Part shown: piece after piece, positions 1 through 10,343 of the stretch
Position numbering within the stretch: position 1 is the stretch's first letter
Layout: every line of letters starts with the position of its first letter
IMG/VR virus record: IMGVR_UViG_3300042567_001420
Length of the DNA stretch: 64,000 nucleotides
DNA from: a virus
Taxonomy: Duplodnaviria; Caudoviricetes
Reading direction: 5' to 3' (one strand)
The notes under the pieces: model-generated
Seen by the model: only the letters and a program-made list of their open reading frames with translations
Told to the model about the DNA's origin: nothing
Databases searched by the model: none
Made by a program: the position numbers and the translations under genes

Positions 1-301
1 CTACTTGTTTGGGACTTGAATAGTTTGTAGTATTACCTACACCCAATTGACCAACATTGTTTATACCCCAAGACCATAGACTACCATCGGCTTTGATAGC
101 CATGCCATGATAACCTCCTGCGGCAACACTTAACCAAGTAGTTAAAGCACCAATTTGTACTGGACTAGATCTATTTGTGGTATCGCCTAACCCCAATCGA
201 CCAGAGCTATTACCGCCCCATGACCATAAGTAAAATTCTGGTGGTGGTGGAGGAGGCTGAATATTGACTCCGCCTAATATAGTTATTCCGATTAGATCCA
301 T
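1..301 (-). CDS. RCC1-repeat protein (partial, runs off the window start)
   Basis: Manual translation MDLIGITILGGVNIQPPPPPPEFYLWSWGGNSSGRLGLGDTTNRSSPVQIGALTTW...; same repeat as the neighbouring RCC1 genes. Confidence 0.85.
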   Translation of the reverse strand, partial: MDLIGITILGGVNIQPPPPPPEFYLWSWGGNSSGRLGLGDTTNRSSPVQIGALTTWLSVAAGGYHGMAIKADGSLWSWGINNVGQLGVGNTTNYSSPKQV

Positions 302-330
302 TTTGTTTTCTTATTATCTTTTACAATTTA

Positions 331-1209
331 TTAAAATGTTATTGAACCAGAACTGGTCCATTTATATATTCTATATCCGCCGGATACTATTACGTTGGGA
401 GATCCTGTTGTATTTGATGCGGCCGGATTAATATCTTCGTAACGAAGTATAACTATACCGGAACCACCAGCTCCGGAACCGCTACCGTTGCCTACTTGAT
501 TACCGCCGCCGCCACCGCCGGTATTTACATTGCCGGCAGCATTACCGGCACCGCCGCCGTATCCTATACTAGCTGTGATATCGGATCCGCCACCAACGCC
601 ACCGGATCCGCCTCCGGCATATCCAACACTTGTACCGGATATAGAGGAGTTTATACCTGCTCCACCAAAACCGCCGGCGGTGGTGGTGGCTGCTGCTCCA
701 ACTGCGCCAGCGCCACCACCACCGCCACCGCCACCAGTTTCTTGGCCACCACCAGCTCCGCCATTATAGCCTTGTCTTGGTGGTCCAGCAGTTCCAGAAC
801 CGCCGCCACTTGCTAGTCTACCACCTTGACCACCACCCGATCCACCGTTATTTATAGAACCTATGCTGCCGCCGGCGGCATTACCTGCACCACCGCCGAT
901 TGCTGTTGCAGTTCCGCTTATTGATGAATTTGCCCCAACACCGCCATTTAGTCCGTTGTTATTTCCTGTAGCAGTGCCGCCGGCACCTACTGTAATAGTA
1001 AGTGTAGAGCTACTAACTAACAAGGCTGTTCCTGTTAATAATCCGCCGGCGCCACCACCGCCACCACCGCCCCGCTGGTTATCAGCTGATCCACCACCTG
1101 CACCGCCCGCGACTACAAGGTATTCTATAGTAGGAGTCACCGGCGGTGTTGGAATATGCACCGCAGTCAATGCTCCGTTTATTCTTACGCCTGAAATTGT
1201 TAGTGCCAT
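331..1209 (-). CDS. Glycine-rich phage virion/adhesin-like protein
   Basis: TIEYLVVAGGAGGG core, poly-Gly tracts, C-terminus GSGIVILRY...SGSITF shared with 16134-17126 and 17855-18814. Confidence 0.8.
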   Translation of the reverse strand: MALTISGVRINGALTAVHIPTPPVTPTIEYLVVAGGAGGGSADNQRGGGGGGGAGGLLTGTALLVSSSTLTITVGAGGTATGNNNGLNGGVGANSSISGTATAIGGGAGNAAGGSIGSINNGGSGGGQGGRLASGGGSGTAGPPRQGYNGGAGGGQETGGGGGGGGAGAVGAAATTTAGGFGGAGINSSISGTSVGYAGGGSGGVGGGSDITASIGYGGGAGNAAGNVNTGGGGGGNQVGNGSGSGAGGSGIVILRYEDINPAASNTTGSPNVIVSGGYRIYKWTSSGSITF

Positions 1210-1225
1210 TTTGTTCTTTTAATTT

Positions 1226-2368
1226 TTAGCTACTGATGGCTAAAGACCATCGTTGACCTGCGGCAACACTTGACCAATTAGTCAATGAACCCACTTGAAT
1301 CGGACTAACTACCGGTGTAGTAGTAGTGCCATCACCTACTTCACCATATGAATTCCTGCCCCAAGACCACAAGGTACTGTTAGTTTTAATTGCCAAATTA
1401 TGATATCTACCCGCGGAAATCTTTAACCAATTGGTTAACGCGCCAATTTGGGTTGGACTAGATCTACGTTCTTGATCACCTAATCCCAATCTACCGGCGC
1501 CAGTGTTACTATTATCACCCCATGACCACATGGTGCCATCTGTTTTAATGGCCACGCAGTGACTACTACCTCCAGCAATACTTGCCCAAGTAGTACCTGC
1601 ACCAACTTGTTTTGGACTAGAATAATCTGTAGTATTGCCTAGTCCCAACATGCCATAAGCATTTCTACCCCAAGTCCATATGGTACCATCTGTTTTAACT
1701 GCAATACCGTGATAAGAACCCCCAGAAACTCTTAACCAATTGGTTAATGCGCCAATTTGTACTGGGCTAGATACATTTGTAACATTACCTAAGCCTAGTG
1801 CACCAAAAGTATCATTTCTACCCCAAGACCATATGGTACCATCTGTTTTAATTGCAGCGGTCCAACTTCCCGAACCTGCAGAAACACTTGCCCAAGTGGT
1901 GCCTGCACCAATTTGTACTGGACTAGATACACTTGTGGTATTGCCTAAACCCAATTGACCATAATTATTTTTACCCCATGACCACAAGGTGCCATCTGTT
2001 TTAACGGCCATGCTGTGATACCTACCTGCACTAACATTTAACCAAGTAGTTAATGCACCAACCTGTACTGGACTAGATGTATTTGTAGTATTGCCAAGGC
2101 CTAATTGACCATCGCCATTGAGACCCCATGCCCACATGGTACCATCTGTTTTAGTCGATAAACTGTGATAGCCCGCCGCAATATTTAACCAAGTAGTTAA
2201 TGCGCCGACTTGTGTTGGACTAGCTACATTTGTAGTATTGCCTAACCCTAATTGACCGGCATTGTTTCTGCCAAAACTCCATAGGTAATATATTGGTGGA
2301 GGAGGAGGTGGAATATGCACCGCATTAAGATTACCGGTTATAGTAAAACCGGAGATGGTCAGGGCCAT
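1226..2368 (-). CDS. RCC1/BLIP-II-like beta-propeller protein
   Basis: About 7 repeats of GT(L/M)WSWGxNxxGQLGLGNTTxxSSPxQ(V/I)GALTxW...AxKTD. Confidence 0.9.
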   Translation of the reverse strand: MALTISGFTITGNLNAVHIPPPPPPIYYLWSFGRNNAGQLGLGNTTNVASPTQVGALTTWLNIAAGYHSLSTKTDGTMWAWGLNGDGQLGLGNTTNTSSPVQVGALTTWLNVSAGRYHSMAVKTDGTLWSWGKNNYGQLGLGNTTSVSSPVQIGAGTTWASVSAGSGSWTAAIKTDGTIWSWGRNDTFGALGLGNVTNVSSPVQIGALTNWLRVSGGSYHGIAVKTDGTIWTWGRNAYGMLGLGNTTDYSSPKQVGAGTTWASIAGGSSHCVAIKTDGTMWSWGDNSNTGAGRLGLGDQERRSSPTQIGALTNWLKISAGRYHNLAIKTNSTLWSWGRNSYGEVGDGTTTTPVVSPIQVGSLTNWSSVAAGQRWSLAISS

Positions 2369-2388
2369 ATTACACCTCTTCTTTTAAA

Positions 2389-2775
2389 TTAAACTAACGC
2401 GTCTAATTCGTCGTGTGTTGTTGCGGCGGTAACTGCTGCAACTTTAGAGTCTGCTGTAGCTTGTGCTGCAGCAATTGCTTCTGCGGTATGAGTTCCAGGT
2501 GTCATCTCATTTTGCATATTCATGCGAGCAACCGCAAAATTAGCATTAGAAATCATGCTGTTTTTACGATCTTCAACTGTGATATCTACTGCATCCCAGA
2601 TGATTTGAACTGGATCTACGTTTAGATCATAGCGGTGAGCCGCAAACTGTTGACGATGTGCAACTAGTTCAGCACGAACTTCTACTGCATTTCTCCAGCC
2701 TTCTTGGCCTTCGGGTGGTGCAGAGTCCCAAACTTGTTTAACTTCGCCGTCTAATACTTGTACAAATAATGCCAT
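2389..2775 (-). CDS. Hypothetical protein, possibly tail-fibre assembly-like
   Basis: 128 aa, SD GGAG, late promoter upstream, located among fibre genes; function inferred from context only. Confidence 0.6.
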   Translation of the reverse strand: MALFVQVLDGEVKQVWDSAPPEGQEGWRNAVEVRAELVAHRQQFAAHRYDLNVDPVQIIWDAVDITVEDRKNSMISNANFAVARMNMQNEMTPGTHTAEAIAAAQATADSKVAAVTAATTHDELDALV

Positions 2776-2809
2776 TTTTAATCTCCTAATGTTAAATGGG
2801 TGTCTGTTA

Positions 2810-2817
2810 TATTTATA
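2810..2817 (-). promoter_or_regulatory. T4-type late promoter TATAAATA
   Basis: Exact gp55-type consensus upstream of 2389-2775. Confidence 0.7.
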
Positions 2818-2842
2818 ATATAAGATATTCCAAATTTTCGGT

Positions 2843-3469
2843 TTAACCCGGTTGTAGGAATATAAGGTGTGTCAATCTACTGTTGTTAACGTCTGTTCCA
2901 AAATGTTGGCCCATATGGTGCCATAACCAGGGCCTGAACAGCACTGCCCGATTAAACTTAATGTCTACATTCAATTCGGTTTTCCATAAATCAGTATTTA
3001 TACCCTCAGTTTCAAAGAAATTTCGCATATCTTCAAATGTTTTTACTCCAATTGCGTCACTTTCGGTGTAATCTTTAGGGGCAATAGTCATACCGGTTCT
3101 TTTATGGGAAACAATTTTTGTCCCGGCATCTCTACCTTCATAATGCTCGGGCAGACTTAAATAAACTACTCCTGCCCATGTTTGCCCGGGGGTTGGATCA
3201 AAATGCACAATTTGTTTTGCAATGTCTTTTTCTCTAGTATGTCTGAAATATCCGTTGGCTGAAGGCTTTGCAGGCTTTACGGTTTCGCCAGTTGCTTTAC
3301 ATAACATTTTTGTAATGGTTGTATCCCAATACGATCTCGTGGTGTTTAGCCCTGGATAGTTGGGTGTCAGGCCTTCTGGCTCATACTCCGCGTTCAATGC
3401 CATATCCCGCATCATATAAGGATCGGAATAAAAATCATCTATAACTATTACTTTTTTATCAAATTCCAT
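2843..3469 (-). CDS. 2OG-Fe(II) oxygenase-like protein (DUF6445-like)
   Basis: Start reassigned to MEFDKKVIVIDDFYSDP; HxD (VHFD), WAGVVYL, FNRAVLF and distal His (WHH). Confidence 0.7.
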   Translation of the reverse strand: MEFDKKVIVIDDFYSDPYMMRDMALNAEYEPEGLTPNYPGLNTTRSYWDTTITKMLCKATGETVKPAKPSANGYFRHTREKDIAKQIVHFDPTPGQTWAGVVYLSLPEHYEGRDAGTKIVSHKRTGMTIAPKDYTESDAIGVKTFEDMRNFFETEGINTDLWKTELNVDIKFNRAVLFRPWLWHHMGQHFGTDVNNSRLTHLIFLQPG

Positions 3470-4241
3470 TTTTAATATCAAACTGTGAAAAATATTTACA
3501 TAAACTCTCACCAAGTACTTCTTGTGCAGAATCACTGGTCTTTTCTAATTTACCTCTGATTGTATGCAGATCTTTCAATCCCCATGCAGTATCTTTGGCT
3601 TCACCGCAAGTATTTGTGATACTATCGAACTTGTGGTCATATCTATTTATTTCCAAGAAATCGTATATCTTATTAATTGTGTCTTGAGGTGTTTGTACTA
3701 GATCATCATACTGCACAAAATATAAATTTTCTTTATAATTTTTCATGCCTATCTGTAAACTTTCCCACGGATCTCTAATATAGGATTCCCACAGTTCCAT
3801 TGCTCTTGTGTTTGTATTTATCGGCTTGCGCTTTTTTTTCAATGCTGCATCAATAAAATTGTTTGGATCTTTATTAAGTAGCTTGATGAAACTTGTGACA
3901 ACTTCCGCAACCGGTCTGTTGGTACAAATGACCTTGGGGTTTTCAGAAATGTGTAGCTTTGCTGGCATAACATTCCTTGCCCAAGCTCTGTGCTTGTCTA
4001 TAATATGAGGCTTCTTTATGCTCTCATAATATGCTTTGGGTAACGCAGTGTATATGGATGCAGATTGATTTTCAACATCAAAGGTATATTGCTGAGTAAC
4101 TCTATTGAGTGCCTCATTTTGCAGGCATAACAAATCCAATAAAGGACTTGTGGGGGAAACATATACCTCTGGATTTTGATTTAAAATTGATCCAAGCAAT
4201 GTTGAACCTGATCTAGGTAAGCCGCTTAAAAAGTATATCAT
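3459..4241 (-). CDS. Sulfotransferase family protein
   Basis: PAPS-binding loop GLPRSGSTLL, DKHRAW, VQYDDLV..P. Confidence 0.85.
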   Translation of the reverse strand: MIYFLSGLPRSGSTLLGSILNQNPEVYVSPTSPLLDLLCLQNEALNRVTQQYTFDVENQSASIYTALPKAYYESIKKPHIIDKHRAWARNVMPAKLHISENPKVICTNRPVAEVVTSFIKLLNKDPNNFIDAALKKKRKPINTNTRAMELWESYIRDPWESLQIGMKNYKENLYFVQYDDLVQTPQDTINKIYDFLEINRYDHKFDSITNTCGEAKDTAWGLKDLHTIRGKLEKTSDSAQEVLGESLCKYFSQFDIKNGI

Positions 4242-5995
4242 TGTATATTCATTCCCAAAAGTTTTTCTCTAACTTTCACAAAAGGTGCTTCCCAATCTCC
4301 GTATTTTTCTTGGCGCATCAAGGTAAAGCAATCATAATAGGGAGTACGATCTCCATCTAATGCATATAAGAAGTATGGCATAATTGGAGTAACAACCCAG
4401 GTATCAACACCCATAGCACCAGCAAGGTGACTGACAGATGTGCATGAACTAATTACCAGATCACATTCGGCAACTGCTTTACGAGTATCTTCCCATGTAT
4501 TTAATGGAACTTTTCTAACCCAGAATGGACATTCATCTTCGCCCTCATCTCTTTGCAAGCTAATAAACTCTGCATTGATACCTCGAAGTGCCTCAAACAT
4601 TAATTCTGATGGGAACTTCTTATGATGCTCATGCTCAAATTGTGGGTTGCCTTGCCATCTCAATCCAATACGCATCTTTTTGCCTTTGATTGAGAATGGC
4701 TTTCTAATGTAAGGTGCGCCGGATATGTCGTCAAGTTCTAATCCCAACGGAACAGCTGCAGACATACCTGCTACCCAGAAATCATGATATACTCCATAGA
4801 TTGATTCGTGTTGCACAACTGCGGATACACCCTCAACATCTATAAACAAAGATGCCAACATACCAGTACAACATACCATGACTTTACATCCTCGATCTGC
4901 AATAACTTTTGCATAACGAACTTGGTGTATTTGATCTCCCAATCCACCTTCAAGGTATAGCATTACGATACCTTTTGTTTTTCCATCCCACATAGGCATA
5001 GGTGTATCTGGTCTACTGTTTCCAAACACACCAACAATCCGACCACGATCCATTAGGCTATAACCTTTTTGGATTTCACCTTGACGCAAATAATACCAAC
5101 CTCTGTTATAAGCTGCTCTATGGTTAAGTGGTTCAGCTGCTTCTATTTTTTGAGAAAGTCTCCAACCTTCATCGAAGTCTCCTCGGGTACTTGCTTCGAG
5201 TTGAAAATCAAGATCGTGTTTTTCTTGTACTGTTCTTGGAGTTTTTAACCAGAACTCACCCTGACAGAATGTGGGATAATGATGCTTTAATAATTCTCTC
5301 GGGTCTTGATTATGCTGACGCTGTAGTACAGGTTTAATATCATGCATACCTGCATACCCGTGAATGTTCTCATCGTCTTCTGATACTGTAGAACCATCAA
5401 TATTCCCAAAGTCATAATTAAAATCTGGTAGACCCAAGAACTCATGAATACGTTTTAGTTCTTTCTTGGGATCTTTAACTAAATCCTCATACTCAACAAA
5501 CAGGAAATTTTCTGGGGCAAATTTATACCCTTCTTGCAATGAGATATAAGCTGCCTTCAAGTGATCCATTAACTGACCTGAATAGATAAGTTGATCTAAG
5601 TCTGTGGGTTTTGCCACACGAACAAAAGATGCAGCACAATCGGGCACGGAACGAACCGTTGCAATAACTTTAGGTCTTCTTTCAAGAACCGCAGACATGG
5701 CTGCCATAATTTGTGGAATAGGCCATCCGCGAGATTTATCTATAACAACGGGCTTGTCTACATCTGAGTAAAACGCATCAATAGTCCCTCGCATTGTTGC
5801 CGCCAATTTAGAACGATCCGCATCGTTCTCATTTAATAACCCAGCACTATGCCAAGTATTTGCCAAGCCATCTAAGGCATGGACCAACCCAGATGTTGTA
5901 CTAACATGGGTCATTGGATTTTGATTTAAAATGGCTGCCAGAACTGTAGAACCAGAGCGGGGAATGCCTGCAAGAAAATGTAGTTGTTTATTCAT
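4238..5995 (-). CDS. Sulfotransferase + TPR + GT9-like glycosyltransferase fusion
   Basis: N-terminal GIPRSGSTVL/DKSRGW/VEYEDLV; TPR-like RAAYNRGWYYL; C-terminal EGGLGDQIH, DLVISSCTSVSHLAGAMGV. Confidence 0.75.
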   Translation of the reverse strand: MNKQLHFLAGIPRSGSTVLAAILNQNPMTHVSTTSGLVHALDGLANTWHSAGLLNENDADRSKLAATMRGTIDAFYSDVDKPVVIDKSRGWPIPQIMAAMSAVLERRPKVIATVRSVPDCAASFVRVAKPTDLDQLIYSGQLMDHLKAAYISLQEGYKFAPENFLFVEYEDLVKDPKKELKRIHEFLGLPDFNYDFGNIDGSTVSEDDENIHGYAGMHDIKPVLQRQHNQDPRELLKHHYPTFCQGEFWLKTPRTVQEKHDLDFQLEASTRGDFDEGWRLSQKIEAAEPLNHRAAYNRGWYYLRQGEIQKGYSLMDRGRIVGVFGNSRPDTPMPMWDGKTKGIVMLYLEGGLGDQIHQVRYAKVIADRGCKVMVCCTGMLASLFIDVEGVSAVVQHESIYGVYHDFWVAGMSAAVPLGLELDDISGAPYIRKPFSIKGKKMRIGLRWQGNPQFEHEHHKKFPSELMFEALRGINAEFISLQRDEGEDECPFWVRKVPLNTWEDTRKAVAECDLVISSCTSVSHLAGAMGVDTWVVTPIMPYFLYALDGDRTPYYDCFTLMRQEKYGDWEAPFVKVREKLLGMNIQ

Positions 5996-6052
5996 AAAAT
6001 CACCTAATTATTGTGGTATATACTAATATTTTATCGGATTTAAGATATTTTG

Positions 6053-6829
6053 TCAATACTTATCCCACCATTCTCTCCAATTTATAAATGGATCCTTTTC
6101 GGTATCGAATTGCATATGTAGTGCAAGACTTGGAATCGGTATAAGCAAAAAATATCCGCGTGTTTTAAACAACTGATTAATGGATTCATCTTCCATTGTT
6201 GGGGATACTTTACTTGTTCCCATTTTATAAAACAAATCCCATTCGTTTTTTATAATGCTAATGTGCGTCATAAAACAACTTGAAGTCAAGATGTTTGTTC
6301 TCCAATGTCTACCTGAAGATTGTACTACGTATGAGGGAATTTGTGTATTTACCGGAATGTAATGATAGGGATCATTGAATGGGAAAATACTAACAGGTTT
6401 ATTTAATCTGGTGCTGGCATCTACCCAGGTGTTGACCATATCACGAATTGCGTTTATTTCATATAGGTAATCATCTTGAACAAAGTATACTAGGTCTTTA
6501 CCAAATTGTTTGCCGTGTTCGTAACATCTAAGAATTGAGGGCATAATGCCTCTTGTTTCCAATTGCGTAATGTTATATGGTACATTGCATTTAGATGCAA
6601 TACTTATTAGTTTATCGAATGAAGCCTCATCCGAATGATCGTCAAATACTTGCAGGGAAATATCAACGTGCGGTAATAGATCAGATGCATAGTTAATCGA
6701 TTCAACAAGACTTGTAACGCATCTGCGCATAATTTCAGCTTTGTCTGTACCGCAGTATCTTTGTTTTGTAGTATCTCTGCTTTTTACGGAATGTGTCTGC
6801 AATACTACTAATAGATTCAATTTATTCAT
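6053..6829 (-). CDS. GT-A fold (GT2-like) glycosyltransferase
   Basis: VFDDHS, GIMPSILRC, VYFVQDDYL (DxD-like motif). Confidence 0.7.
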   Translation of the reverse strand: MNKLNLLVVLQTHSVKSRDTTKQRYCGTDKAEIMRRCVTSLVESINYASDLLPHVDISLQVFDDHSDEASFDKLISIASKCNVPYNITQLETRGIMPSILRCYEHGKQFGKDLVYFVQDDYLYEINAIRDMVNTWVDASTRLNKPVSIFPFNDPYHYIPVNTQIPSYVVQSSGRHWRTNILTSSCFMTHISIIKNEWDLFYKMGTSKVSPTMEDESINQLFKTRGYFLLIPIPSLALHMQFDTEKDPFINWREWWDKY

Positions 6830-7371
6830 TCTTTAATTACCTTCAATTTAATATTAACTTCCATGATAATGTTATTGTGTTCTTGCACATATCTTTCAAC
6901 TTCTTCTTCGGGTCTGCCGTTGAATATTTTATAATATCTTTGATCAGGAATATTTTCCACTTCTGCAAGCTCAAAGTCTACATTGTAATAATGCGCCAAT
7001 CTAGAAGCAGATTCTCCTCGTTGTTTGCATAGATCATTGTATTTTTTACTAAAAAGCCCTAATCCTTCAGCAGTTATTGGTCTACGATGTGTTGGATCAT
7101 TTGCAAAATATTCATGTCTATGATGTGGTACTACAATATCAATTATAGCATCATGCTTACAAACACGATATAGTTCTTTGATTGCGTGAAAATACCCTTC
7201 GCCCATGTGCTCTAACACATGATGCGCAATTACTTCTTCTACGGAGTTATCTTCAAACGGCCATGTGTCGTTTTCGAGATCAAATTTAAAATCAGGATTA
7301 CAATTATCATCGTAATCACAATTTAAAAATCCATCATATTGTTTATCACCTGCTCCAATATTTAATTTCAT
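6826..7371 (-). CDS. Class I SAM-dependent methyltransferase
   Basis: MKLNIGAG motif I; WPFEDNSVEEVIAHHVLEH; DPTH. Confidence 0.85.
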   Translation of the reverse strand: MKLNIGAGDKQYDGFLNCDYDDNCNPDFKFDLENDTWPFEDNSVEEVIAHHVLEHMGEGYFHAIKELYRVCKHDAIIDIVVPHHRHEYFANDPTHRRPITAEGLGLFSKKYNDLCKQRGESASRLAHYYNVDFELAEVENIPDQRYYKIFNGRPEEEVERYVQEHNNIIMEVNIKLKVIKE

Positions 7372-7386
7372 AATATTTCCAATAAT

Positions 7387-7878
7387 TTACTTTTCTATTA
7401 ATCTAAAAATTTGCACAATTCCACTATCAAATGAATGGAATAACCAAGGCCTGAAAAATACAGCTTGCCCCGGTTTCAACTGATGGTTAACCATTAGATC
7501 CCATTCAAATAAATTTCTATAATTGTGTTGGTATCCGTCTAATGCAGTTAATGCGCCGGATTTGTGTTCAAAGATGTTAAATGTAGATTGATCTATTGCG
7601 ACTACAAGTAACCATTCCTTTAAAGAATCAAATCCTTCGAAGTGTATCAGTAATTCGGGGAATCGAAACACGCCCGACTTTTCTCTATCAACTGTAACAT
7701 CTTTACCAAGTACGGTTGAGAATAGTTTATCTGCGTCTGCAGGGATGTGATTGAAATTTAATATTTCTTTACCAAACTCAGTTGATTGAAAGTTTAAACC
7801 TCTAACCACATTATGTAAATTGGTTGCGCTTTCTACATTATAAAATTCATCAACCGTCATTGTTTTAATTAATGCCAT
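7387..7878 (-). CDS. Second 2OG-Fe(II) oxygenase-like (DUF6445-like) protein
   Basis: IHFEGF (HxE) and AVFFRPWLFHS resemble 2843-3469. Confidence 0.55.
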   Translation of the reverse strand: MALIKTMTVDEFYNVESATNLHNVVRGLNFQSTEFGKEILNFNHIPADADKLFSTVLGKDVTVDREKSGVFRFPELLIHFEGFDSLKEWLLVVAIDQSTFNIFEHKSGALTALDGYQHNYRNLFEWDLMVNHQLKPGQAVFFRPWLFHSFDSGIVQIFRLIEK

Positions 7879-7918
7879 ACTAAAATATTCCCGTTATAAT
7901 TTAATTATATATTATTTA

Positions 7919-9112
7919 TCATCCTAATCCTATACTATGGCTGTATCCAGTAGCTACAGTAAGCCAATTTGTTAAGGATCCGACCTGGTTTGGCTCACTT
8001 CTACCAAAAGTATCTCCAAGACCAAGTTTACCGTTAAAGTTATCTCCCCAAGACCACAATGTACCGTCGGTTTTAGTTATTATGCACTGAGTGTTCAAAG
8101 CTCCAGTCCCAGCATTTGACCAAGTTGTTAATGCACCAACTTGTTTTGGACTAGAATAACTTGTGGTATTACCTAAACCCAATTGTCCAGATGATCCTCT
8201 ACCCCATGTCCACAATGTACCATCAGTTTTAATTGCCGCGCAGCTATTATACATCGCACGAATTTTTGACCAATTTGTTAATGCCCCAATTTGTACTGGG
8301 CTTGAAAAGTATGTAATATTACTTAGACCTAATTGACCATAACCATTATTTCCCCAGCTCCACATAGTACCATCAGTTTTAATAGCAATCGAAAAATTGG
8401 ATTGTCCCCCGCAACTACCACGTGCCCAAGTTGTTAATGCACCAATCTGTACTGGACTAGATCTATGCGCAGTATCGCCTAGTCCTAATTTGCCATGATG
8501 GTTCGCGCCCCATGACCACATAGTACCATCTGTTTTAATGGCTATGGAGTGATCAACACCGGAGGAAACACTTGACCAATTTGTTAATGCCCCAATTTGT
8601 ACTGGACTAGATATATTTGTAGTATTACCTAAACCAAGCTGACCTAAGTTATTTTTACCCCACGACCAAATAGTACCATCTGTTTTGATGGCCATGCTGC
8701 AACCGAAGCCTGAACTAACACGAGACCAAGTGGTTAATGCACCAATCTGCACTGGACTAGATCTATTTGTAGTATCACCTAAGCCCAATACGCCTTGATA
8801 ATTTTCACCCCATGCCCATAAGGTGCCGTCGGTTTTAATTGCTTGACTATTTGAGTATCCTGCACCTACAACAGACCAATTCAAAGACCCAACTTGTTTT
8901 GGACTTGAATAATTTGTCGTATTGCCTATACCTATTTGACCACTGCTACCGCTCCCCCATGAATATATTTTATATACTACCGGAGGCGCAGGCCAAATGC
9001 CTGCTCGTTTTGCCTGCATTTGATCTGCAGGATTAAAAATTCCAGAAGCAGATGAAGTATTAACTACTGTGGGTGTTGCAGATATTAATCCGCCGTAATA
9101 CTTTTTAACCAT
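7919..9112 (-). CDS. RCC1-repeat protein
   Basis: RCC1 repeats after an N-terminal YYGGLISAT...QMQAKRAGIWP segment. Confidence 0.9.
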   Translation of the reverse strand: MVKKYYGGLISATPTVVNTSSASGIFNPADQMQAKRAGIWPAPPVVYKIYSWGSGSSGQIGIGNTTNYSSPKQVGSLNWSVVGAGYSNSQAIKTDGTLWAWGENYQGVLGLGDTTNRSSPVQIGALTTWSRVSSGFGCSMAIKTDGTIWSWGKNNLGQLGLGNTTNISSPVQIGALTNWSSVSSGVDHSIAIKTDGTMWSWGANHHGKLGLGDTAHRSSPVQIGALTTWARGSCGGQSNFSIAIKTDGTMWSWGNNGYGQLGLSNITYFSSPVQIGALTNWSKIRAMYNSCAAIKTDGTLWTWGRGSSGQLGLGNTTSYSSPKQVGALTTWSNAGTGALNTQCIITKTDGTLWSWGDNFNGKLGLGDTFGRSEPNQVGSLTNWLTVATGYSHSIGLG

Positions 9113-9130
9113 ATTAATTTATATTGTTAT

Positions 9131-10342
9131 TTATTGCTTAGTAGCCAACACGAATCGATGGGAATTTCCTGCAACAACATCTATCCAGGTAGTCAACGAT
9201 CCAACTTGATTTGGACTAGTATTATTAAAAATATAGCCTTGTGCCAGGACTCCACCCTGATCACTTCCCCATGCCCATAATGTACCATTTGTTTTAATTG
9301 CGGTGGTGAAATAATTACCTGCAGAAACTTTTAACCAATTAGTTAAAGCTCCAACTTGGTTCCAAACGTATGTACTCGAAGTTCCGTTATTTCCCAGTTC
9401 TCCATATGAATTCTGGCCAATAGTCCATAATGTACCATCAGTTTTAGTTGCTGCATTGTGGTTGCGGTTAGCAGCAACCGACGCCCAATTTGTGCCTGAG
9501 CCAACTTGTGTTGGCTCAGATCTTTTTACAGTATCCCCAAATCCTAATCTGCCCTGAAAACCACTTCCATTAGTCCCCCAGGCATACAACGTACCATCTG
9601 TTTTAATTGCAAAACTTGTATTATAACCTGCAGAAATCTTTAGCCAAGTGGTTAGAGCACCAATCTGTTTTGGACTCGAATATGCTGTAGTATTACCTAA
9701 ACCCAATTGACCGTCATTAGCAGATCCCCAACTCCACAATGTACCATCGGTTTTAACTGCCAAACAATGAAATTGAACAACTGAAGTAGTTTTCCAATTG
9801 GTTAAAGCGCCAATTTGTTTAGGAGAAGAATAATAAGTACTATTACCTAGACCCAGTACTCCGGCGTTATTAGCACCACAACTCCACATCGTGCCATCGG
9901 TTTTAACTGCAATAAAGCATTGTAAACCTGCGCTAACACTTTCCCAATTAGCTAATGCACCTACTTGCGTTGGACTAGAAACTGGTGTGGTATTACCAAG
10001 ACCCAAACGACCATACCCATTTCTTCCCCAGGCCCAAAATGTTCCGTCAGTTTTAATAGAATATCCTGAGTGTCCTCCGGCTGCTATAGTTTTCCAATTG
10101 GTTAAAGATCCAACTTGTTTAGGTGAGGAATAAAGGTTAGTATTACCTAAGCCAAGGTTACCATATGAATTTTGCCCCCAAGACCAAAGATTGTATGGGA
10201 TAGGAGGTGCTGCAGGCGTAGGCCAATTGCCTGCTCGTTTTGCCTGCATTTGTTGAGTAGGATTGAATATTCCAGAAGCGGATGAAGTATTAACTACCGT
10301 TTTGGTGGCAGATATTAGTCCTCCATAATACCTTCTTTTCAT
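9131..10342 (-). CDS. RCC1-repeat protein
   Basis: Paralog of 7919-9112 with a near-identical N-terminal segment. Confidence 0.9.
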   Translation of the reverse strand: MKRRYYGGLISATKTVVNTSSASGIFNPTQQMQAKRAGNWPTPAAPPIPYNLWSWGQNSYGNLGLGNTNLYSSPKQVGSLTNWKTIAAGGHSGYSIKTDGTFWAWGRNGYGRLGLGNTTPVSSPTQVGALANWESVSAGLQCFIAVKTDGTMWSCGANNAGVLGLGNSTYYSSPKQIGALTNWKTTSVVQFHCLAVKTDGTLWSWGSANDGQLGLGNTTAYSSPKQIGALTTWLKISAGYNTSFAIKTDGTLYAWGTNGSGFQGRLGFGDTVKRSEPTQVGSGTNWASVAANRNHNAATKTDGTLWTIGQNSYGELGNNGTSSTYVWNQVGALTNWLKVSAGNYFTTAIKTNGTLWAWGSDQGGVLAQGYIFNNTSPNQVGSLTTWIDVVAGNSHRFVLATKQ

Positions 10343-10343
10343 A

